A DNA stretch of 62,589 bases, filler included. It is 8 parts of 8 records of this genome, joined end to end, with 100 filler letters (N's around TTAATTAATTAA, not from the genome) between each part and the next. Parts side by side here need not be neighbours in the genome. Positions count along the whole stretch, not along the records: positions 6,909 to 17,613 come from SRR31156797_42171; positions 17,714 to 27,670 come from SRR31156797_42222; 6 more parts are not named here. One strand, 5' to 3'. Position numbers and translations under genes: made by a program. The notes below the pieces were generated by a model. That model searched no databases, had not been told where the DNA came from, and saw only the letters and a program-made list of their open reading frames with translations. This document shows positions 8,713 through 18,852 of this stretch, in pieces. Within the stretch, counting starts at the first letter, position 1. Every line of letters begins with the position of its first letter.

Positions 8713-10314
8713 ATGACACGCATCGACTGGGTCGTACTCTGCATTTACCTCATCTCCATTATCGGCATGAGCGGCTATATCGGCCGTCGCCAGAAGTCCC
8801 AGGAAGACTATTACCTGGGCGGGCGCGCCATGCCTGCCTGGCAGATCGGGCTTTCCATCATGGCCACCCAGGTGAGTGCCATCAGTCTGGTGGGCGCACC
8901 CGCCTTTATTGCTCTCAAAGGGAATGGCGGTCTCTTATGGCTGCAGTATGAATTCGCCATACCCCTGGCCATGATGGGCATTATGCTCATCATGGTCCCC
9001 CTCTACCACCGTACCCGGGCCATTACCATCTACGAATATCTGGAAAAACGGTTCGGCCGGTTGACCCGTATGAGCATCAGCGCGGTATTTCTGGTGAGCC
9101 GTGGCTTGGGTTCCGGTGTGGCCCTTCTGGCCACCGCCATTGTAACGGCGGTATGCCTGAAGTGGCCGCTCTGGCAAACCATCCTGCTCATCGGTGGCGT
9201 ATCCATTCTTTACACCACCTTTGGCGGGATTGTGGCGGACATCTATTCCGATATCCTTCAGCTCATTATCCTATGGGCCGGATCAATTCTGGCCATTGTG
9301 ATCCTCGTGGGCATGCTGGATGGTGAGGCCATCTCCCTGCTGAAGGCACAGCCTCAGCGGTTGCGCGTATTCGACTTCTCGGCCACGGGCTTGGGGGATG
9401 GAAAGACCTTTGGATTCTGGCCCATGCTCATGGGTGGCTTTTTCCTGTACCTTTCCTATTATGGGTGCGACCAGAGCCAGGCCCAGCGGCTGCTGACCAC
9501 CGCCACTCCCAGAGAAGCGCAGAAGGCATTATTGATCAATGGCATGTTTCGCATCCTTCTGGTCCTCACCTATTGTGCCCTCGGCGTTCTGCTGATCCCA
9601 TTTTTGTTGCGGCATCCCGAATTGACCCACAAATTGCAACATCAGCAGCCGGATTTCCTGGTCCCCTACTTTCTGATGGAATATTTTCCCAAGGGGATCC
9701 TGGGTATTCTTATCGCTGGATTTTTTGCGGCTTCCATGTCGAGTATTGACAGCGCCCTCAATTCTTTGAGCGCCGCAACCTATGAGGATTTCCTGGTTCG
9801 GGTGTTTCCGAAGCTGTCCAACATATCCGATGCCGGAAAAGTGCTGCTGTCACGCTGGTTGACCGTTTTCTGGGGCGTGATCGCCACCGGATTCGCCCTT
9901 CAAATGATCGGCGGACCGGAAACCCTATTGGAACTGGTCAACAAGATCGGCTCCGCGTTTTATGGGCCCATACTGGCGGTTTTCTGGCTGGGCATCCTGA
10001 CCCGGCGCGGATCCCAAATGGGCGCCATCGGCGGGCTGGCGGCCGGCGTTGGTTTCAATCTTTTTCTCTGGCAATTTTTTGGCAGTGCGGTTTCATGGTT
10101 ATGGTGGAATGTGTTCGGGTTTCTGGTTTCTTTTGGGGTCGGGTATGGGTTGAGCCTCCGGTCTCCCACCAAAAGTTGTCATGAAGTCTTCATTTTGAAG
10201 TATCAAGATCTTGTTGTGGAATATTTGTCGGAAAAGAAATATTATTGGACCTTGATGGCCGTTTTTCTGCTCATTCTAGTGGCGGGCTTTGTTCTGCAAA
10301 AGCTGCTTCTATAA
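8713..10314 (+). CDS. Sodium:solute symporter family transporter
   Basis: YYLGGR, YEYLEKRFG, DQSQAQRLL and AASMSSIDSALNSL; many TM helices. Confidence 0.9.
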   Translation: MTRIDWVVLCIYLISIIGMSGYIGRRQKSQEDYYLGGRAMPAWQIGLSIMATQVSAISLVGAPAFIALKGNGGLLWLQYEFAIPLAMMGIMLIMVPLYHRTRAITIYEYLEKRFGRLTRMSISAVFLVSRGLGSGVALLATAIVTAVCLKWPLWQTILLIGGVSILYTTFGGIVADIYSDILQLIILWAGSILAIVILVGMLDGEAISLLKAQPQRLRVFDFSATGLGDGKTFGFWPMLMGGFFLYLSYYGCDQSQAQRLLTTATPREAQKALLINGMFRILLVLTYCALGVLLIPFLLRHPELTHKLQHQQPDFLVPYFLMEYFPKGILGILIAGFFAASMSSIDSALNSLSAATYEDFLVRVFPKLSNISDAGKVLLSRWLTVFWGVIATGFALQMIGGPETLLELVNKIGSAFYGPILAVFWLGILTRRGSQMGAIGGLAAGVGFNLFLWQFFGSAVSWLWWNVFGFLVSFGVGYGLSLRSPTKSCHEVFILKYQDLVVEYLSEKKYYWTLMAVFLLILVAGFVLQKLLL

Positions 10315-10347
10315 CTTAATAAGAGGTTATGTAAGAGAGGGTGAGAC

Positions 10348-10593
10348 ATGAAGAAACTGATGGTTTATCTAATGGTGCTCGTTATGGTGTTGCCGGCGGT
10401 GGCTTTTGCTCAGGGGCCGGATCATAAGGCGAAGCAAGCCATAAAAGACGCAACAAGGCTCAGTGAGGGGCAAAAGCGCCAGGCCATGAAGGATCTGAAA
10501 GGTAAAGAGGCCGGCTATGGAGCGCAGGATCGGAATACCAAGCGAACCCTGCAAAGCATGGAAAAGGGTACTGACGGGCGGAAACAGCGGTAA
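10348..10593 (+). CDS. Small secreted hypothetical protein
   Basis: Clear signal peptide ending AFA; RBS GAGGG. Confidence 0.65.
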   Translation: MKKLMVYLMVLVMVLPAVAFAQGPDHKAKQAIKDATRLSEGQKRQAMKDLKGKEAGYGAQDRNTKRTLQSMEKGTDGRKQR

Positions 10594-10607
10594 GGAACGG
10601 GATACGT

Positions 10608-11255
10608 CTATGAACGTCCTCGGGCGTTGTTCCATGGTGCCACCATACCATGAAGATCCCGGGCGGCTTTCCGTGGGTCTTCCCGGCAACAGACCGCGGA
10701 AATAACCGCAATCCCATGGGCGCCCGCGCCCATCACATGGGATGCGTTGCCCTGGTCAATGCCGCCGATGGCAACAACCGGTACCGGCGTTGATGCAACG
10801 ATTCGTTTGAGATAATCGATACCGCTCACAGGCCCCGCATCGTCTTTGCTGCCGGTGGTGTAAATCGGCCCGAAGCCCACATAATCGGCACCTTCCCGAA
10901 TACAGGTTTCGATTTCTTCCGGGGTTGCGGCGGACCCGCCGATAATTCGGTCCTTTCCCAGAAGTTTTCTCGCCAAGGGAATGGGAAAATCGTCCTGTCC
11001 CAGATGAACGCCATCCGCTTCGGCTGCAATGGCCACATCGATCCGGTCATTGACAATGAAAGGTGTCCCGTTTTTCGAGCACAGGCTTTTCATTGCCGTG
11101 GCGATTTGGATCAACTCTTTCGTGGAACCGCTCTTCTGGCGGAACTGGATGGTATCCGCCCCTCCTGAAATGGCCTGTTCCGTTAGTTCCAGGTGTGAAA
11201 AACGGTTTTGCAGAACCGTATCCGTCAGCACATGCAATCTTCCGATCTTTTTCAT
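10608..11255 (-). CDS. thiE: Thiamine-phosphate synthase
   Basis: QFRQK, VNDRID, GVHLGQDD, TGSK and AIGGI motifs. Confidence 0.93.
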   Translation of the reverse strand: MKKIGRLHVLTDTVLQNRFSHLELTEQAISGGADTIQFRQKSGSTKELIQIATAMKSLCSKNGTPFIVNDRIDVAIAAEADGVHLGQDDFPIPLARKLLGKDRIIGGSAATPEEIETCIREGADYVGFGPIYTTGSKDDAGPVSGIDYLKRIVASTPVPVVAIGGIDQGNASHVMGAGAHGIAVISAVCCREDPRKAARDLHGMVAPWNNARGRS

Positions 11256-11493
11256 TCAGGTCCGACCCCCGTTTGAATTTTCAGACAGCCCCGTCATATG
11301 GCTAGAGATTATTTCAATGCCATGGCGGATGTCAAGCCCATGAAAGGGGAGGCGCAAAAGATCAAGAAACCATTTGTGCTTGATTTCACAGGTATTGCTG
11401 AGTAGTATCGTTGCTTTCGAAGCCCTTTCCATCATTATTTTTCAGAGACCACCGTTCGTCATAAAAAAAACGGAGGAGCCCCGGGTTTTCCAC

Positions 11494-13449
11494 ATGCCTC
11501 AAAGAATCGGCGTATATATTTGCCAGTGCGGTCCCAATATCAAAGATGCCGTGGACATTACGGAATTGTTAAAGGCGGCCCAGGGGTATAAAGACGTGGT
11601 GCTGGCGCGATCTTTCGGGTTTTTATGCTCACCGGATGGAAAAGCGTTTCTAAAGGAAGATATTCAAGCCCACAAACTGTCGCGGGTCGTCATTGCCGGG
11701 TGTTCTCCCAAAGAAAATGAGCAGACCTTTGCCGATGTATTGAAAAGTGCCGGCCTCAATCCCTTTTTTCTTCAGATGGCGAACATTCGGGAACAGTGCG
11801 CCTGGGTGATTAATGAGAAATCCCATGCCACCGAAAAAGCCGGGGAATTGATTCGCGGGGCCGTCAAACGGGTGGGTTTGCATGAACCTATCGAGATAAA
11901 AACAATCGCGTGCTGTGCGGATGTTCTTGTGGTGGGGGCGGGTGTTGCGGGAATCAGCACAGCCCTTGCCGTGGCACGGAAGAACCGGCGGGTGTATCTC
12001 ATCGATAAAGCGCCTTGTATCGGTGGGAGGGTTGCGGGGCATGAAGATCTCTATCCGGACATGGTGTGCGCATCCTGCCTGATGGAGTCGAAACTGGATG
12101 CCGTATTACACCATGACCACATTGAAGTGCTGACCTTGACTGAAATGGTTGAGGTGAAAGGGTTTCTGGGAAATTTTATTGTCAATGTCCGGCAAAAGGC
12201 GCGTTTTGTCGACCTTGATGCCTGTATCGGCTGCGGCGCCTGTTTTGAAGCCTGTCCCGTTATCGTGCCCGGTCCGTTCATGGGCGGGATGGCCGGTCGC
12301 AAGGCAATCCATGTCCCTTATTCAGGCGCTCTTCCCAATGTGGCTCTGATTGATGCGGAGAACTGTTTACGGTTTCAGGGTGAGTCATGCCGTTCTTGTC
12401 TGGAATCTTGTCCTTTTGGGGCCATACGGTATGAAGAGACCGAAGGGATTCGGGAATTGAAGGTGGGCGCCCTTGTGGTCGCCACGGGTTTCGGTTCCTT
12501 TGATCCCCAAAGGGATGACCGGTATGGTTATGGAAGAATTGAAAATGTTATCACCAGCCTTGATTTCGAGCAATTGGTCAATTCAAACGGTCCCACGGAA
12601 GGGAAAATCCTGCTGGCCGACGGTCGAGTCCCCCGGAATATCGCCTTTGTACATTGTGTGGGGTCGAGAACGGAAAAATTCAATGAATACTGTTCCGGTG
12701 TCTGCTGCCTTTATACCCTGAAGCATGCACACCAGGCCCGGTTACAGTTGCCGGAAGCCGGAATTTGCCAGTTCCATTCTGATTTATGTCTATGGGGAAA
12801 AGACTCCCAGCGTTTTTACCGAAAGGTTCTGACGGAAGATGGTATTGCGTTTTTTCGCATGTTGCGGCCGGATGCCATTGAGATCCGAAAGGGATCCGGA
12901 AACATTTTGATTACCCATACGGATATGCAAGGGGCGTTGGAACAAAACGGATTCGACATGGTCGTTCTGGCTACGGCCATGGAGAGTGGCGAGGGAACAG
13001 AGGGAATAGCGGGGATTCTTGATGTGAAATTGGGGGGGAACGGGTTTTTGGAGGAAGCCGATTCCAGATTGGATCCGGTCGCTACTGTTCGGGAAGGGAT
13101 TTTTATGGCAGGATGCGCACAGGGGCCTAAAGATATTCCATCCTCGGTGGCCCAGGGGCATGCCGCAGCCGGCAGAATCATGGGGAAGCTTTTGCCCGGA
13201 GAAAAACTGCCCCTGGAACCCATGGCCTGTGAAATTGATCCGGAGATCTGCTCCGGGTGCCTGGTCTGCAAAAGCCTCTGCGCATTCAAAGCCATTGTGG
13301 AAGAGGATTTCGGACCAACGGTTTCCATCAATGAAGCCATGTGCCGGGGATGCGGTGTATGTGCCGCACTCTGTCCCAGCGGGGCCATAGGGGCAAAGAA
13401 TTTTTCCTTACGGGCCATATCCTCCGAGTTAAGCGGTCTGATGGGTTAG
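11494..13449 (+). CDS. hdrA: Heterodisulfide reductase subunit A-like flavoprotein
   Basis: GVYICQCG, ANIREQC, GAGVAG, HCVGSR, YCSGVCC, GCAQGPKDI and ferredoxin motifs; ATG11494 preferred. Confidence 0.92.
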   Translation: MPQRIGVYICQCGPNIKDAVDITELLKAAQGYKDVVLARSFGFLCSPDGKAFLKEDIQAHKLSRVVIAGCSPKENEQTFADVLKSAGLNPFFLQMANIREQCAWVINEKSHATEKAGELIRGAVKRVGLHEPIEIKTIACCADVLVVGAGVAGISTALAVARKNRRVYLIDKAPCIGGRVAGHEDLYPDMVCASCLMESKLDAVLHHDHIEVLTLTEMVEVKGFLGNFIVNVRQKARFVDLDACIGCGACFEACPVIVPGPFMGGMAGRKAIHVPYSGALPNVALIDAENCLRFQGESCRSCLESCPFGAIRYEETEGIRELKVGALVVATGFGSFDPQRDDRYGYGRIENVITSLDFEQLVNSNGPTEGKILLADGRVPRNIAFVHCVGSRTEKFNEYCSGVCCLYTLKHAHQARLQLPEAGICQFHSDLCLWGKDSQRFYRKVLTEDGIAFFRMLRPDAIEIRKGSGNILITHTDMQGALEQNGFDMVVLATAMESGEGTEGIAGILDVKLGGNGFLEEADSRLDPVATVREGIFMAGCAQGPKDIPSSVAQGHAAAGRIMGKLLPGEKLPLEPMACEIDPEICSGCLVCKSLCAFKAIVEEDFGPTVSINEAMCRGCGVCAALCPSGAIGAKNFSLRAISSELSGLMG

Positions 13450-13456
13450 GTGAGCC

Positions 13457-13867
13457 ATGCATGGTTTTGAACCGAAGATCATCGTGTTTTTGTGCAACTG
13501 GTGTTCCTACGAAGGTGCGGATGCCGCAGGGCGAAGCCGGAGAGAATTTCCGTCCCGCAACCTGCGGGAAATCCGGGTCATGTGCAGCGGCGGGGTAGAT
13601 CCCCGATTGGTTCTGGAAGCTTTCGGGATCGGCGCCGACGGGGTTTTGATTCTTGGTTGTGCTCCGGGCGATTGCCATTATAAGATAGGGAATGTTGAGG
13701 CGTTGAAAAGAATCCCATTGCTGGAGGGGATTCTTCAGCAGTACGGCATTAAAAATGAGAGAATGCGGTTTGATTCCGTTTCAGCCGGCGACGGTGAAAA
13801 ATATGCCCGCATTACCGGGGAGATGGTTGAAACGTTGAAGGGATTGGGGCCATTGAACCATGTCTGA
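13457..13867 (+). CDS. mvhD: MvhD [2Fe-2S] subunit
   Basis: FLCNWCSY, RVMCSG and GADGVLILGCAPGDCHY. Confidence 0.92.
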   Translation: MHGFEPKIIVFLCNWCSYEGADAAGRSRREFPSRNLREIRVMCSGGVDPRLVLEAFGIGADGVLILGCAPGDCHYKIGNVEALKRIPLLEGILQQYGIKNERMRFDSVSAGDGEKYARITGEMVETLKGLGPLNHV

Positions 13868-14834
13868 AAAGCCAAAGATTGCCCTTTACTGGTGTTCCGG
13901 CTGCGGCGGATGCGAGGAATCGGTTATGGATCTTTCCTTGGATCTCCTGGAACTTCAAAGGCGTGCGGATATTGTTTTCTGGCCGGTTGCTTTGGATGGC
14001 AGACGCAAAGATCTGGAAGCGCTGGATGATGGCGGCATCGATCTGTCCCTGATTAACGGCGCCATAAGGCTCCATGAGCAGGCCCGTATGGCTCGGTTGC
14101 TGCGTCGAAAATCAAAGATTGTGCTTGCCCATGGCACATGTGCCCACCTGGGCGGTATTGTGGGATTGGGCAATTTCCACACTGTTCAAACGATTCTGGA
14201 ACGCTCCTTCAGGGAAGTCCCCACGGTGAAAAATCCCGATGGAATTTTGCCGGGCGGATCCAGGGAAAATTCGGAGCGGGAACCGAAACTTACAGGATTA
14301 ACCCACAAGGTAATGGCCCTGGATCAGGTGATCCGTGTGGATTACCATATTCCGGGATGCCCGCCCCCCCCTGAACTCGTGGGTGAGGCTGTATGGGCCG
14401 TACTGGAGGGACCGCTTCCGGAAAAGGGTTTTGTGTTCGGGGACAGAAAAGCGCTTTGTCACACATGTCCCCTTCTGGAAAGCAAACCCGAAAGGGTAAG
14501 GGTGAAAAGATTTAAACGGGTCCATGAAACCCTATGGGATCCGGGAAAGTGTTTTCTGCCCCAGGGGGTGATCTGCCTCGGACCCGCAACAAGGGGAGGT
14601 TGCGGGGGACGCTGTATCCGGGCGAACATGCCGTGTCGGGGCTGTTTCGGCCCGTTGGAAACAATGGAAGATCACGGGGCCGGCATGTTGTCTTTTATTG
14701 CGTCCATGATTGATGGGGACCTTGAAGATGAGATCAGGCGGATTACGGCCTCCATCCCTGATCCGGGAGGTCTTTTTTATCGGTACAGTGCGCCCCATTC
14801 CATTCTGGGTGGTGGAAAAGGGATCCAAATATGA
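13860..14834 (+). CDS. mvhG: Group 3c [NiFe]-hydrogenase small subunit
   Basis: CSGCGGCE, GTCA, PGCPP, CLGPATRGGC and PCRGCFG. Confidence 0.9.
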   Translation: MSEKPKIALYWCSGCGGCEESVMDLSLDLLELQRRADIVFWPVALDGRRKDLEALDDGGIDLSLINGAIRLHEQARMARLLRRKSKIVLAHGTCAHLGGIVGLGNFHTVQTILERSFREVPTVKNPDGILPGGSRENSEREPKLTGLTHKVMALDQVIRVDYHIPGCPPPPELVGEAVWAVLEGPLPEKGFVFGDRKALCHTCPLLESKPERVRVKRFKRVHETLWDPGKCFLPQGVICLGPATRGGCGGRCIRANMPCRGCFGPLETMEDHGAGMLSFIASMIDGDLEDEIRRITASIPDPGGLFYRYSAPHSILGGGKGIQI

Positions 14835-16216
14835 CCCGCAGAATTGTCATAGATCCCATGACCCGATTGGAAGGCCATGGGAAAATCCACATACGCCTCG
14901 ATTCCGGGGGCCGGGTGGATCGTGCGTTTTTCCAGATTCCGGACTTCAAGGGGTTTGAGAAGTTCTGCGAGGGGAGGGCGGCGGAGGAGATGCCGACCCT
15001 TACCCAGAAAATATGCGGGGTCTGTCCCACGGCCCACCACATGGCATCCGTAAAGGCGCTGGACGATCTCTTTCATGTGGAACCCACGGATGCGGCAAAA
15101 ATGATAAGGGAGTTGATGCACACGGCTTTTATTTATGAAGACCATCTCCTCCATTTTTTCTATCTCGGGGGGCCGGATTTACTCATCGGTTCCGGTGATA
15201 AGGGGCTCGGTAGAAATATCTTTGGTGTGATCGGTAAACTCGGGGAGAAAATCGGAAAAAAGGTTATTGAAATTCGAAAGAGGGTTCGGGGTCTCAATGC
15301 CCTGGTCAGTGGAAGCCCCCTTTACCCGGTCTGCGGGCTGCCAGGCGGCGTGTCAAAACCGGTATCCGAAAAAGAACGGGCCGGAATAAAGGAGATTGCG
15401 GGGGATGCTCTGGCGTTTGCGCGCCTTTGCCTGAATATTTTTGAAGAAGAGGTGCTTTCGAACCGGGAATATTTTGACCTGATGCATTCCGAGGCATTTT
15501 CCCTAAAAACCTATTACATGGGAATGGTTGACCGGAAAAACCGGATCAGTTTTTACGACGGTGAAATGAGGATTGTCGATCCCGAGGGCGGGGAGTTTGA
15601 AAAATTCGGTGCGGGAGATTATTTAAATCATCTGGAAGAACGGGTGGATGCCTGGAGTTATATGAAGACCCTCTACCTGAAAAGCATCGGATATCATGGC
15701 CTGTGTGATGGAAAAGAGAGCGGGTTGTACAGGGTGGGGCCCCTTGCCAGGTTGAATGCTTCAGAGGGCATGTCCACCCCTCTGGCACAACGGGAATATG
15801 AACGGATGTTTGAAGCATGCGGCGGGAAACCCGTTCACAATACCCTTGTGTATCACTGGGCGCGGCTCATAGAAGTTCTGTTTGCGGCGGAGCGGATGAA
15901 TGAAATTGCTTGCCATGATCAACTGACAGATCCCGGTATCAGAAACATTCCGGCACAGCCCCCATGTGAAGGGGTGGGGATGTGCGAAGCGCCGAGGGGA
16001 ACCCTGATTCATCACTATGAAACGGATGAAGCGGCGATTCTACAAAAGCTTAATCTGCTGGTTGCAACCCAAAACAATGCAGGCGCCATAAGCCTGTCCG
16101 TTCTGAAAGCGGCCCGGGCATTCATCAAAGGGGGAAAGGTTTCGGATTTGATTTTAAATCGCATTGAGATGGCTTATCGGGCATATGACCCGTGTATGGC
16201 CTGTGCAACGCACTGA
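14831..16216 (+). CDS. mvhA: Group 3c [NiFe]-hydrogenase large subunit
   Basis: TRLEGH, L1 ICGVCPTAH, EAPRGTLIHHY and L2 RAYDPCMACATH. Confidence 0.92.
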   Translation: MTRRIVIDPMTRLEGHGKIHIRLDSGGRVDRAFFQIPDFKGFEKFCEGRAAEEMPTLTQKICGVCPTAHHMASVKALDDLFHVEPTDAAKMIRELMHTAFIYEDHLLHFFYLGGPDLLIGSGDKGLGRNIFGVIGKLGEKIGKKVIEIRKRVRGLNALVSGSPLYPVCGLPGGVSKPVSEKERAGIKEIAGDALAFARLCLNIFEEEVLSNREYFDLMHSEAFSLKTYYMGMVDRKNRISFYDGEMRIVDPEGGEFEKFGAGDYLNHLEERVDAWSYMKTLYLKSIGYHGLCDGKESGLYRVGPLARLNASEGMSTPLAQREYERMFEACGGKPVHNTLVYHWARLIEVLFAAERMNEIACHDQLTDPGIRNIPAQPPCEGVGMCEAPRGTLIHHYETDEAAILQKLNLLVATQNNAGAISLSVLKAARAFIKGGKVSDLILNRIEMAYRAYDPCMACATH

Positions 16217-16237
16217 TGTTTTAAAGGAGAATTGAAA

Positions 16238-16462
16238 ATGGTGATTGAAGTCCTTGATATGCTTGGAATGAAGTGCCCGCAGCCGGTCCTCAAAATTGCA
16301 GTGAAAGCGCCGGATATGAACCCGGATGAGATTCTTGAGGTACTGGGGGATTGCCCCACCTTTGAAAGAGATGTGCGTGTTTGGTGTGAGCGGCTGGGGA
16401 AAACGTTCCTTTCCATCAGGGATGAGGGAAGCGGCAGGAAAAGGATTCAGATCCGGTTTTGA
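16238..16462 (+). CDS. TusA-family sulfur carrier
   Basis: LDMLGMKCPQP (CPxP motif); RBS AAGGAGA. Confidence 0.85.
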   Translation: MVIEVLDMLGMKCPQPVLKIAVKAPDMNPDEILEVLGDCPTFERDVRVWCERLGKTFLSIRDEGSGRKRIQIRF

Positions 16463-16535
16463 AGATCTGTTTCTTTTGTTCGGCGAGCCGGCAATGAATC
16501 GTGAAAAACTAACCTGAAGAGGATGGGAAGGCGCC

Positions 16536-17613
16536 ATGGCCGAAAAGAAAAAATGCTGGGAAATCTTTCAATGTATGGAGAGAAAATGTCCCGCGTACAG
16601 GTCCGAAAAAGAACATTGCTGGCTGGTGGATGGTACCCGCTGCCATCATGGAATTCAGGAAGATGTTCTCGAAAAGGTGGATCTGTGCATTGAATGTGAG
16701 GTCTTCTGCGTCAATATGGATTTGGCGGCCATGGGGGATTCCTTCAAGGCTATTTCCGGGAAATTTTGGCAGACGCGCAATGCCCTTGAAGCAAGGGATC
16801 GGGAATTGGAAAACATCAGCCTGGAGATGGCGCTGGGGCTCTCGGAGGTTTTCGAAGCGTTAAAGAAAATTTCTTCCGGAGACCCGATGGTTCGGATTCC
16901 GGAAGAGTCCAGCCTTGAGCTGATTTCAAAATTGAAAGAACTGGTCAACAAAACAGCCGAGAATCTGGGGGAGATGGTCGATTTATCCCATGAATTTGCC
17001 ATGGGGTTGGCCGAGCATTTTGATGTGCTGCACCGTGTAATAAGGGGTGATCTCATGGCGCGGGTTCGAGGGGAATCCAATATTGAACTCCTGGAATCTT
17101 TCAAGAATGTGACCAACCAGATGATCGGAAGTGTTCATGAAGAGATCAATGAACGGAAGCAGGTAACGGCGGATCTCAAGAGTAGTGAGGAAAAGTACCG
17201 TACCCTCATAGAGAATATTCAGGACGGTGTCTTCATTGTTCAGGACAATAAATTCCTCTTTGTAAATGATGCTCTGGCCAGGATGGCCGGGTACCCGTTG
17301 GCGGAACTCATCGGGATGGAATCTCAAACCATCGTGGCGCCGGAAGATCGGGACAAAATGACGGAACGTTACAGGCGGCGGATGGCAGGAGAAAACGTGG
17401 AAAAAGAATATGAATTCCGATTGCTTCACAAAGATGGTGAAACCCGCGTCTATGCAAATATGAATGTAGACGTCATTAACTATAATGATAAAGTTGCGAG
17501 CATCGGGACGGTGAAGAATATTACCGAAAAGAAGCTGGCCGACATGGAAAAACAGGAACTCGAGATCAGACTTCAGCGATCCGAGAAAATGGAAGCCATC
17601 GGCACCCTTGCCG
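16536..17613 (+). CDS. Sensor histidine kinase with N-terminal two-CW Cys-rich domain, HAMP-like segments and PAS (3' truncated)
   Basis: CWEIFQC, CPAY, CWLVDGTRC, CIECEVF; PAS core; SEKMEAIGTLA leading into the H-box. Confidence 0.85.
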
Positions 17614-17713
17614 NNNNNNNNNNNNNNNNNNNNNNNNNNNNNNNNNNNNNNNNNNNNTTAATTAATTAANNNNNNNNNNNNNNNNNNNNNNNNNNNNNNN
17701 NNNNNNNNNNNNN
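17614..17713. other. Artificial contig spacer
   Basis: N-run + TTAATTAATTAA + N-run. Confidence 0.98.
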
Positions 17714-17893
17714 AACTGTCGGGTTTTCGGCTTTGGAAATCGCATTGAGGGCCCTGAACTCCAGATCCGTCAGATCGAACTTTGAACCCTGCATCTTCCG
17801 ATCTCGGGTACCGGCTCCGACCAGGTTGATGTCGAATATTTCACGTGCCAGGGAAGCAAGTTCTCTCCGGGATTCCGGTGTCGGCATCTTCAA
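17714..17893 (-). CDS. Probable MarR-family regulator, N-terminal part (cut by contig end)
   Basis: FDLTDLEFRALNAISKAENPTV resembles the start of a MarR winged helix. Confidence 0.55.
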
Positions 17894-18444
17894 TGCTCCA
17901 GGGAAAACGAATCAATATCTGCTTTTTCGGATCAGAAAAGGGTTAATCTACAGCATCCATAAATATTTTCAACAAGATAATAATTGACCGGCAGGCAAAA
18001 ACCGGCAGGCAAAACTTCACAGTCTTACAAACCTCATACGTTTACTCCGCTTTTATGCCCCCAAATTGCCCAGAAAAGAATGCAACTCGCCAGACGCATA
18101 TAATGCATTGTTTATCCATTCGAGATGCAGCATCCATTACTCCATCCCGAATTGTATCCAACGCTCAAAAGAAATGAATCCAGAAACAAAGAGACAGTTA
18201 CCAAGCTCCCTGGATTGTCGGATTCTGTTTGAATACAGCCACACCAACATCAGCTTGCAGCATCCAAGCCGCAGCTTATCGGTCGAAAAAAAAGCTTCAC
18301 AAAAAATAATCAAAAAAAATATGCCAGGGAATATGCGAAACCCAAACAGCATTTTTGATATAAAAAACCATTTGCAACAGATGCTATGCAGATTCTGATC
18401 GCAAAAAGAAACACTGTCAGCAATTGTCATTCGAAAAGATTATC

Positions 18445-18472
18445 TTGACTTGGCCGATTCAAATCATAGACT
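18445..18472 (+). promoter_or_regulatory. Sigma70-type promoter
   Basis: TTGACT-N16-TAGACT, 54 nt upstream of the leader ATG. Confidence 0.6.
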
Positions 18473-18526
18473 GATAAGTGTTGAGACTGATAACCCCGGA
18501 GCGGTTCCGGGATAACAGCGGAAAAC

Positions 18527-18709
18527 ATGAACAAGCTTTTGAGTAAGGTCGTAGAAATGTTCAGTACAGGTACAAGTCATACCAACGCTCGTTGCCGATC
18601 GAAGCAGACATGCTTCAAGGTATCGCTAGGCGTACAGTGGCAAGTACCGTTCCGCGCGATTATCCTGGCTGGCCACTACTTCATGGACATTAACCAGCCG
18701 CCCCCGTAG
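18527..18709 (+). CDS. Putative attenuator leader peptide (60 aa) ending QPPP-stop
   Basis: Its last codons and stop form the 5' arm of the antiterminator. Confidence 0.7.
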   Translation: MNKLLSKVVEMFSTGTSHTNARCRSKQTCFKVSLGVQWQVPFRAIILAGHYFMDINQPPP

Positions 18710-18746
18710 GGTTCAGAAAAACGATAAGAGTTTTCAAACCCTGCGG
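18704..18746 (+). promoter_or_regulatory. Antiterminator hairpin
   Basis: CCGTAGGGTT (18704-18713) pairs with AACCCTGCGG (18737-18746); inner GAAAA/TTTTC extends the stem. Confidence 0.75.
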
Positions 18747-18774
18747 AGCAAAACAAAGCGACGCGGGGTTTTTT
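18736..18774 (+). terminator. Attenuator terminator
   Basis: AAACCCTGCG (18736-18745) pairs with CGCGGGGTTT (18762-18771); six-T run ending at 18774; mutually exclusive with the antiterminator. Confidence 0.8.
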
Positions 18775-18852
18775 CGTTAGAGACAGAGAAACGAACCGAA
18801 AACAGGATGCGGGACATCCGGGCGCGGTAGTTGCGCGCCGAACCAAAGAGTC

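Noticed and set aside
11253-11300. TPP riboswitch upstream of thiE (minus strand GGGG..CTGAAA..ACCTGA)
   Set aside because: It has CTGAAA rather than CTGAGA, lacks the pairing CCC and the P5 stem, and ACCTGA abuts the start codon.
11494-16216. Selenocysteine recoding in HdrA, MvhD or MvhA
   Set aside because: The frames are open with Cys at the relevant motifs; the MvhA TGA follows the final His and read-through would stop again within three codons.
17987-18014. Tandem duplication ACCGGCAGGCAAAA x2
   Set aside because: Only two copies; could be slippage or an operator, with nothing to support a function.
18066-18430. ORFs 18066-18398(+) and 18137-18430(-)
   Set aside because: AT-rich intergenic sequence with poly-A runs, no clear RBS and no protein-like features.
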